Positions 23,170-32,194 of a stretch of 32,194 bases of DNA are shown here, piece by piece. The DNA is from Proteromonas lacertae (taxonomy: Eukaryota), in contig NGBS01001246.1 in NCBI GenBank assembly GCA_002245135.1, positions 1 to 32,194 of the forward strand, written 5' to 3'. How positions within the stretch are numbered: the first letter of the stretch is position 1; every line of letters begins with the position of its first letter. The notes beneath the pieces were generated by a model. The model did not search any database. It was not told the DNA's origin and saw only the letters and a program-made list of their open reading frames with translations. The translations under genes and the position numbers were made by a program.

Positions 23170-23287
23170 CCCGGTTCCACGATTGGTTTCCAAGGTTCAA
23201 TTAAAAGCCCTTACAAGGTCATCAGCGTAGCAAGGAGACTCTAGATCATAATTAGATTCATCACCTCGAGGTAACCAACGCTTCTAG

Positions 23288-23462
23288 ATAGCTTCCAGGA
23301 GTCCCGGTAGGGAAGAAGACTACGTAGGCAATAGACCCCGTTAGGAGGAATCACGTAGTTAGTTTACGTAAGTGGGAATATGGTACAAGTGTCATAGTTC
23401 AAACGAGTGTTCTAGGAGTCCGTCCCCTTCTAGATTCAAAGTCTCATTTATATACTATATAC
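23288..23462 (+). repeat. Degenerate direct copy of the terminal region 24029-24165
   Basis: Shared blocks ATAGCTT.CAGGAGTCCCG, TAGACCCCGTTAGGAGGA, TATGGTACA and GTCCGTCCC.TTCTAGATTCAAAGT. Confidence 0.85.
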
Positions 23463-23676
23463 TTATCTAAGTGATAACTACGAGATCAATATGTACTAAC
23501 CAGTTACAGACAATCTACTAAGCATCATTACTAGATATGAAGAAAAACTCACTCATAGGAAAGAAGATATATTAACTATGAGGAAGGCAACATCATAATG
23601 TTCATACTCAGTCTATTATTACAGTCACTCAAGGTATTAAGATATTTCATGTTATTTTAATACTTAATTGGTAATC

Positions 23677-24006
23677 ATGCAATCCATTGTCATATGTAGT
23701 CGATGTAAGAAGGAGTTCCAATCTGAAGCTGATGGATGAACCTAACTCTATTGTAGTTCATTTAGAGCTCTCTTACGAACGGCAAAGCAGAAGACAATAA
23801 CCCGATGCCATGAGGAATGTAAAGCCTTGGAAGAGAACGCTGAACTCATAATCAAGACTATGTACTGCAGTAGATGCCATAACTACTATCGATGTTGTCC
23901 AAGATGTAGATCTAGGAAACCTACTGAGAATCAACAACCAGGCATGTTAACACAACACAGTATACATGAGATTCTCTTAGGAAGTATTCTGAAGATCGTC
24001 TCATAG
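23677..24006 (+). pseudogene. Small Cys-rich (Zn-ribbon-like) viral ORF with two in-frame stops
   Basis: MQSIVICSRCKKEF...G*T*LYCSS...YCSRCHNYYRCCPRCR...; stops at 23737 and 23743, no frameshift. Confidence 0.6.
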
Positions 24007-24091
24007 ATTGGTATAGGTATGTATAGAAATAGCTTACAGGAGTCCCGTAGGAAGTAGACCCCGTTAGGAGGATTCCCGTAAGCACCTTACT

Positions 24092-24292
24092 TAAATGGGA
24101 CTATGGTACATTGTCACAGAGTTCTAACGAGTTTTCTAGGGTCCGTCCCTTTCTAGATTCAAAGTTGACCTTTACGAGGCCTTCATCAATGCAATCGATG
24201 AAGGCCTCGTAAAGGTCAACTCTGAATCTAGAAAGGGACGGACCCTAGAAAACTCGCTAGGACTCTGTGACATTGTACCAGAGTCCCATTTA
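24092..24292. repeat. 201-nt terminal palindrome (96-bp arms, 9-nt loop, 5 mismatches)
   Basis: 24092-24187 pairs with 24197-24292; loop AATGCAATC. Coincides with the right GC boundary. Confidence 0.97.
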
Positions 24293-24426
24293 TATACTAT
24301 ATATATTGAGAATGATAACAAAACAAATGAAAAGATGAAAGAATCAATAAAAGTATTAAAATATATTTTATATTTATATGTAATTAAATAGAAATAGAGC
24401 AAAGAGAAAAGTGATGAGTTTATGTA

Positions 24427-25300
24427 TTGTATGATACAAAACAGGATATAAATACAATAGTTTTATCATCAATGAAAGCGTATATGCAAGATAATAAAGT
24501 GTATTTGGTGAGAGATTGTTATTATAAGATGTTGAATGTAATTTTCCTTCAAGATATAGATTTTGAAAAAGTTAGTCAAAGAAATTATTTGATATTTGAT
24601 CATAGTAAAATGGGAAAATCAACGTTTGCTATTCATAATATCTATCCTGATGTTAGTATATTGCATGAAATTAAACAAGACAATAAAACAATCGAAAAAT
24701 AGATTATTACAATAAGAGGAAAAAATGATATTATGAAGATGTAAAAATGATAATGTTATTAGCTAATCCATCTAAAGAAGAGTATAATACTTTTCAAAGT
24801 AAAAGATGTCCTTCAATACTGTATATACCTCAATTTACAAAAGAAGAAGTTATGAAGAGCGGAAGAAATTATATGAAGAAAAATATCCATTATATAAAGG
24901 TATTATAGGATATTATGATAATGAGAAAATGACTGAAAGTGATATAAATGCTTCAATAATTAATGAAAATAATAAGGCGATGATAGAAGAAATATTAAAA
25001 GGAATAGATAAATCTTAATTTTCAAAAGTTGAATATGATAATATATTTATTTATGATACATATGAAGATGAAAATGGTATTTTTAAATCCAATCGTATTA
25101 TATTTATATCTGAAGAAATGAAAAAAATGGTATGTGATACACTATTTGAAATAGATCGTTATTAATTTCAAACATCAGCATCAATTAATAAGGATTCTCT
25201 ATATGGCTTATTTTATATAGCTCCAAATAAAGAAGTAAGTATAAGATTAAAAGGCAAAGATAATTACAAAATGTTTTAAATATGAAGAGTTAAATTACTA
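24427..25300 (+). pseudogene. Degenerate Crinkler/RHS-like P-loop NTPase gene
   Basis: YLVRDCYY..., decayed Walker A YLIFDHSKMGKSTF, then LYKGIIG; multiple stops and frameshifts. Confidence 0.5.
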
Positions 25301-25839
25301 TTTTAACTTTCTACATGAATTATTGTTTTTTATTAAATACTAAATCGAATATTTCTGTATAACAGTAATTACTATAAAACAGAATTAGCAGCTTAACAAA
25401 TACAAAAACAACATTAAGTAAAGGTTTGAATCAGAAAGTGATAAAAACTTTAGATGGTACAGTTTGTGAGGGTTTTGAAAATGAAGTTAAATTGTGAGTT
25501 AAATATGAAAAAGTAGTAATACAGATAGGTAAAACAGTACAGTATTACAGCAGCAGATATAAGAAACAGTTCTAGGTGTTATTAAATTGGACAAAACAGG
25601 ATATTACTTTGCCCTAACTGTAAAAAGTGGAACTAAAATTCCAACTATCCAACTAATTAAAGAGAAAGGAATAAAAGTATTTATTGCTATAAATGAGAAA
25701 TCAGCTATATTTATATTAAATTTAGAAACAATGCATGGTGATGGTAAGTTGTATTGCCTATAATAATATTTATTATACAGTTTACTGGTTAATTACTAAA
25801 TTGTATAAGTAATTATCATATCATAGGTTAATATATCTT

Positions 25840-27454
25840 AACATTATTTATGCAAATCATTAACTACATTCTTATCAAGTTTATGTAAATCTTCAATTGT
25901 AAATATTTTAGGATATAAACTACATTGAATATCTTTTGAATAATCTTCTAAATATTGTTTAAATTTTTCATTTTTCATTATTTTATCTACATCATAATAA
26001 AATGGAAATACAATAACATTATTAATAACATAACATATATCATAATCTATATCAATATCAAATTGACCAATATAATAATTACCTTCTCCACATCCTATTG
26101 ATGTTGTAGTATTTTGAAATTATCCTTTAATATATTCATCTGAATATTATTAAACTTTATCACATTATTTTTCCATTTTGCATTATACATAATTGAATAC
26201 CACACTAATTCATTGAATAATAGTTTATATAGAGGATGGTTGTTTTTAGATATCATTTCATTTAAGAAAAACTGTTTTATATTTTCAAATTCTCTTTTAC
26301 TACATCTGTGACTTGTACAGAAATAAACATACTTAAATACTTCTTTAGAGATAAATTCTAATTGAACTTTATCAATTGATTCATAATCTAATACTTTGTA
26401 TTTTACAATATAATGTGATAAATGTGAATCTAATCTATCAACATTTAATCCAATATCATTTTCCAAATTTGATATTCTATATTCTGCATCACATGGATAT
26501 AGATATTTCTTTATAAAACCAAAATAACCAAGAGTATTCACAGTTGTTTTAATACAGTTTGTATAAATTTCATCCCAATAACTTGTTCTATTCGGGTTTA
26601 TTGTTGCTATATAATATGTTTTATATATTGCTGCAAAATATAAATGTCTTGGTACTCGATTGTATAAAGAAATAAGATTATCATCAATTGCATTTCCTAA
26701 ATCTTCAGGTAAACAATTTTCTTTCCATATATTTATCTCTTTTTCATTACAAATATCCAAATAGAAATATACTTTATTACCACCCTTAAAATCTTTTATA
26801 TTTTTATAGTTTTTATTATCTGGAGAACTGATATTTACAATTATACTACTTCTTCTATATATATTCTCATGAATATCATATGAATCACATATAATTATAT
26901 CTTCATCCATTATATTTTCTTCTAAATATTTTCCAATCAAATTATAGATAACAGGATTATCTGGACTTCCATCTTCTTTCTTTGAACTTTTGTAATATGT
27001 TAAACCTAAATTAATACCTAATTTTTCTTTCAATTGAATAAATTTTAAGATAAAATAGACAATAAATGTGGATTTTCCACATCCTGGTTGACCTCTCAGT
27101 AAATAGTAACTATTAATTTCATCTTCATCAGTTTCATATTTGATTAGTTTTTTTTAATCTTTCTTTCTCTCTTTCAACGATTTTATGTAAATCATCTTCA
27201 TTAATTGAAGGATCAACATTTACATTTATATATTTAAATAACTTCTTTAAAACAAATTCATTTTTTCTATAACGATAAAAACAATTATAAATTATATTAT
27301 ATTCTATTCTTTTCCAAAATAGTGGATAATAATCTCTCACCAATATTTTATGACTTGGATATTGAAATAATTTTATACTTTCATCAATTTTTATCAATAA
27401 TTCATTAAATGTAAAACTGGGAGATTTTTTACCTATATCAAATATACGTTTCAC
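25840..27454 (-). pseudogene. Crinkler/RHS-like P-loop NTPase gene, frameshifted
   Basis: ILVRDYYP in ORF 27134..27454. Walker A YLLRGQPGCGKSTF at ~27060-27105 lies between ORFs. Then IIICD, VNISSPD..NYK and YNRVPR, typical of CR-NTPases. Confidence 0.65.
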
Positions 27455-27465
27455 ATAATCAAAAC

Positions 27466-29296
27466 CTATTTCATTATATATATATATATATATATACTGT
27501 TTCTAGAGGGTGGTGATATTAACTGAAGAGGAGAAACACTTTCTGATACTTTAACACTCTTAGATTTATGTTCTGAATCTATCACCTTACTCTTCTTTTT
27601 TCCCCCTGAATTTTCATTACCAGTAAATGGAGGAAGATCAGTAGTAGTAGAAGAAGAAGAAGGAGGAGGAGGAGGATAATTATCTTCTTTAGTTTCAATT
27701 TCCATATCAGAAGGATCAAGATCTCCAAATTCATATCTATTTTTCAGCTCATTATTGTAATATATATCTATACCACATTTCTTTATTTTCAATTGTGTGT
27801 TATATCCTTCTGCATCAAATTTTGGTTGACATGATATATTCATTTTACATTTACCACAATAGAATGTTTTCTTGTTGATAAAATCATTTACATATTCACA
27901 TTCTCTTAGAATTGATGTTATTTCATTACAATATGGACAAATTAAAATTTCTGTTATAGTATAAACTTCATTTTCATTACCTATACCTTTTGCTTCTAAT
28001 AATAAGGAATAAAAGTGATCATATGTAAAATTAATAGCATCTAATTTATCTCTATTGGTAAACTTTACTTTTTCTTCTCCTCCTTCTTTTATTAATTCAA
28101 TTAATAGCAATGGATTTAGAATTGGTTTTGTATTATTTACCTCACAATCATAATAGTTTCTTCTTTGTCCATCTGCAGTATCAAATGATGTTGGAGAAAT
28201 ATAATTGCTTAAAATCATATCTAACTTATCCAATCCTTCTTTATATGAGCTACATGACATATTTGATTCATCTAAATATATAAAATTTGAATCTAAAAAC
28301 CTTTTCATTATAATATTACTTCTTAATGCGTTTATCAAAGTATTCATAATATCTGACTCTTGTTTATTAAATTCTTTTTTTTTCTTTTTGTCATCTTTAT
28401 AATATAACAAATCAACATTAATCTCTGGATCATTTATTCTTTTTCTATCTAATTCAATATATGATATAATTTCATTTGTTTTTTCTACTCTATTGAATTT
28501 GTTTTTCATTATTCTCTCTTTTTTATCATTGTCAAATGTATCATATGATGGATAAATATGTTTTATATACTTTGACATTTTTGGTCCTAATATGTCAGTA
28601 TATTTACTGAAGTCAAAACTTTCTTCTATATCCATTCTCACATCATATTTATGACTTATCATTGTAATTACAAATCTGGGATTATAATCTCTATCAAGGT
28701 AAGTTTTAATGAAATTCACCTTTTCTACGATACTATTAATTTCATCATCTATTTTCTTCACAATCTCATCCTTATTTTCTTTCATTATTTCTACTCTTTT
28801 TTTACACATATCTTCTATTGTTATCTTTTTTCCTTGTCGTCCTTCGTTTTCTATTTTTCCCTTTATTTCTTTCTCTATAGAATAGTCATAAACATAATCA
28901 TTTGAATCATAAACTAATTTATTTACTTTCTTTTCAATTATATCTTTAATCTTATCACTCTTATATACTTTAGATAATATTACAATCTTTTTTAGCTTCA
29001 TGTTGTTGCTTTATTGTATTATTCTTCTCTAATTCTTCTAATTCTTCTTTACTATAATTATGATAGATAAATTTTAACTCATCATTTACCAATCCAATAT
29101 CTTTCTTTAATTCATCTTCATCAAAGATTTTCTTCATATTTTCTATTGTTATTTCTTTAATAATACTTTTCACATAATTATTAATATCTTTATCAGGAAT
29201 TATTATAGTTGATTTTAATCCAAATCTTAATTCCAACTCGGTTTGTTGATATTCATTTACTTTATCCTTATTGTCATTTAATGCTTTATCTATCAT
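27466..29296 (-). CDS. Hypothetical protein(s) with CxxC...CxxC Zn ribbon and Pro/Ser linker, probably part of the Crinkler-like cluster
   Basis: ORFs 28970..29296 and 27466..29001 overlap with a frameshift; motifs CPYC and CGKC. Confidence 0.4.
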
Positions 29297-29343
29297 TGAA
29301 GATGGTGTTATACTATATATATATATATAAATATTATAGATAA

Positions 29344-30545
29344 TTAATATACTCCTAAATAATAAAGAGTTTCAGCAAGTTCATCTATTCTTTTCTCCTC
29401 AAACATTCCTAATACGATTTCTCTTCTCTTTTCATATGTTTCTTGAAAGATCACATTGAATAAAATAGCTACAGATTCTTTAATAGGATGATGGTCAGAT
29501 ACTGTTACTTGTATTCCATTTATACACTTTTCATTAATCTCTATTGCATCAACACTTTCAAAATTAGATTGAAATGAACAATCAATCAACAATGGTAAAG
29601 CTTTTTCATTTAATTTGTCTAATTCTAATTTGTTATTAATTGTGTTTTCTTTATATTTAGATCCTTTATAATACAATACCAAATGTTCATAATAATAACC
29701 TCCTTCGCCTCCTATTCTGTCATTATCTCCTTCGATTTTCTTTGTTAATAAAAAATAATATTTTTTGAAATTATTATCATCTATAATAACTTCTTTAATG
29801 CCAAATCTTCAATATACTTTGAAATAAATTTCAAATTCTGAGGAATTTCATACTCATTTTTAACATCATAAATATATACATATTCATTATATTCAGCAGG
29901 AATACCATTATAAATATCTATCTTTTGACACTCATTAATTCTTTCTCAACATTCACAAGAACTAATCCAGGAATTCCTCCATATTTTTCAATCTCTCTTC
30001 TTCTTACTTTCTTATAAAAATCAATTTCATTCTTATTAAAAGGCAATAAACAGAACTGAATTGGAGCTCTCTTGCTACGCATTACTTTATATTTTTCAAG
30101 TTCATATCACTCACTAATATAACCACATCATCCTCACTGTATTCATCTTCTGAAATTGGCATATTATTGCAGATGATTATAGATTTTCAGAAGGATTTTT
30201 AACATCTCGTGGAAGGTAAGTATGAAATACGATTATATTTGTTTTCTTCTACTCCTTTACAAAGATATAAATCTGAAGAGGGTATAAATATAACTTGGAA
30301 TCGGAAGATTTAAATTGCTTTGCATAAAAATGCACAAAATTTGTTTTACCTATACCATAGTTTCCATATACAACAAAATTCTTTTGGATTCCATTTTCTA
30401 TTGCTATATATTTCATCATTTCGTTGTAAATATTTAAATAACTCTGTCTTTGAATAAAAAAGGCTCTTCTACATATTTATCCCTGTTTATCAGTTTTAAT
30501 AGTATTCACAGTTAATTATTTCAATTAAATTTGATCATCCATTTA
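29344..30545 (-). pseudogene. Crinkler/RHS-like NTPase + restriction-endonuclease-fold gene, frameshifted
   Basis: The 5' part is an inverted copy of the 12342 NTPase with indels. The 3' part reads SNFESVDAI...GIQVTVSDHHPIK, the D...QxT motif of CR-REase domains. Confidence 0.7.
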
Positions 30546-30728
30546 CCTATAATTATAAAAACCAAATAGAATATTTAATGATAGAAGAAAAGAAGAAAAT
30601 AGAAGAAAAAGCGTATAGTTGATAAGATGAATTATAATATTTAAAAGTAATTTAGTTGTTTAGTTATTATTTTAATTTATGTTTATATACGCATTTAAAA
30701 GTAATACATATATTAGAAGAATAATTAT
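29869..30728 (-). repeat. ~860-bp inverted duplication, right copy
   Basis: Reverse-complement match to ~12161-13025. Confidence 0.9.
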
Positions 30729-31049
30729 ATTCTATTAGTTTTTGTTAATCAAATTTTATGAGACAAAATCGTTCCTGGCGAAATCATTTTCTATAACCAT
30801 CTGCATAGCTCTAATGAATAGTGGTTTAATTATGTGATATATTAAATATGTTAATTAGGTTAATTATAAATGCTGTACAAGGTGTAAATAAAGAAAAAAA
30901 CCAGTTATGCTGAAAAAGGCTAGTGTAATTTCCTTTCTATAAATTAGGTTTTGGATTAATGAAAACACAATAAGAATGAGAAAGAAATATTAATTACTTT
31001 TAATTAACATAATTCTTTACTATACAATAATAATAAATACATCTATAAA

Positions 31050-32170
31050 TCATACTTTAAAACATAAACAGTAATTTCACCATTATCAAATCCAGTAAAT
31101 AACATAGCACTGTAACTTGAAGATACAAATCGACTTACATCCATGGCACATATATGATTACTATTCTCTTCATGAATATATTTTGGTTTCTATTCATTTA
31201 TATATATATTTTATATATATCATACTAATTGAGAATAACTCAAATCAAATATTAAAATTTTACCAACATTATCTAATACAAAAACATTTTCATTACTATG
31301 ACACCAACAAATTTTCTTTATTGAAATATTTTTACTCTTCTTCATCGTTTTACCATTATTAAATGAGCAAATATCCCAAGTATTAAGTGGATTATTATCG
31401 TGTATATTATATAAACAAACCCATCCACAACTCCATCCAACTAATACTAAATGTTTATTATTTGGATTAAATGAAATATATTCACCTTCACTTAGACTAT
31501 CATAAGGTGGATTAAATACACAACTTTTCCCACTATCACTTAATAAGTTTAGATTCTTCTTTATTATTGAACCTAATTCTCCCACAGCAGTATAATCGAT
31601 TATCAAATTCTTCATTTGTACACATATATTTTGATATTCCTACATTACTGTTATTCATTATTATATTTAAAGCACTTAATCGAATTGTTGAACCATATCT
31701 TAAACCAGTTGAACTTCGTCTATTTTAATATATTATTATTATATTATACATATCAACTGGTGTTTTAATTGCTTTAAATATTCCTATATTACCACTAATA
31801 TCAAGTATTGCTAATTTAAATAATAAATTATCTTCGCTACTTCCTATCTCATCACTTCCTACATTACTTTTATCAACAGGAATATGACAAATACTTACGA
31901 TTTCTTCTAAATTCTGTTGCATATTATCACTTGTGAAAGAAGGATCTCGAGCATATATGATAAAATATTGTAATTGGTATTTCGCTTGTAAACTTTATGA
32001 GTTCCACTTTTATTGTTATCATATTTATACTCAAATCATTACTTGAATGTAATCCATCTTCTTCATGGAGATCAAATAGTTCTAAAGTTCCTTCTTTTGT
32101 CCCAATTATGATTATTCGATTCTCGAAATATAAACAACTTGCATCATTTGGACAACGACATAAACTATTA
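31050..32170 (-). CDS. WD40-repeat protein, WDR60/dynein-2 intermediate chain-like; 3' exons, gene continues beyond the window
   Basis: GTKEGTLELFDL, PSFTSD, FKLAILDISGNIGIF, ISFNPNNKHLVLVGWSCGWVCLY and ICWCHSNENVFVLDNVGKILIFDL, with short introns. Boundaries approximate. Confidence 0.6.
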
Positions 32171-32194
32171 AAAAATTAATAAATGAATTATTAT

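Larger units (their letters stand above)
14245..24300. mobile_element. Endogenous Polinton-like virus / Maverick-related element, left-truncated and partly pseudogenised
   Basis: Sharp GC shift (spot counts: 27/60 GC at 18721-18780 versus 10/60 at 13201-13260). Dense intronless ORFs: packaging ATPase, capsid-like protein, cysteine protease and rve integrase. Hairpin at the right end. Confidence 0.9.

Noticed and set aside
15554..24006. Alternative genetic code explaining the in-frame stops
   Set aside because: All three stop codons occur internally and all three also terminate genes; CAA/CAG and TGG are used normally; the integrase also has a frameshift.
14234..24294. ATTTATA at both virus edges as an integrase TSD
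   Set aside because: The right copy overlaps the hairpin arm and also occurs internally near 23446; the left end lacks any terminal repeat; the sequence is low complexity.
24172..24402. 76-aa minus-strand ORF
   Set aside because: Spans the hairpin arm and AT-rich flank; no coding signal.
12161..30728. The 860-bp inverted repeats as the TIRs of an 18.5-kb Polinton
   Set aside because: They are AT-rich, encode a host-type Crinkler-like NTPase, differ by several indels, show no TSD, and lie kilobases from the viral GC boundaries.

Overview
Very AT-rich eukaryotic DNA with short GT-AG introns. Axonemal dynein fragments and a WDR60-like gene suggest a flagellated protist. Host genes are an ABC1/ADCK kinase, ACBP, PPIL4 and a WD40 protein. 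Three accessory layers are present. (1) A ~7.3 kb CACTA/EnSpm transposon (2912-10228) has CACTATAAGAA TIRs, a TT duplication, an intact transposase, a 68-bp satellite, captured dynein heavy-chain fragments and two mirror-image 51-bp arrays. (2) A decaying cluster of Crinkler/RHS-like P-loop NTPase + REase genes (about 12.2-14.2 and 24.4-30.7 kb) is bracketed by an ~860-bp inverted duplication. (3) Inside that cluster lies a ~10 kb GC-richer endogenous Polinton-like virus (about 14245-24300). It encodes an A32-type packaging ATPase, a probable major capsid protein, an adenain-type protease with a long N-terminal extension, an rve integrase and a MARTK-starting basic protein. No DNA polymerase is visible, and it ends in a 201-nt near-perfect hairpin. 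All family assignments are from motifs recognised by eye; no database searches were run.
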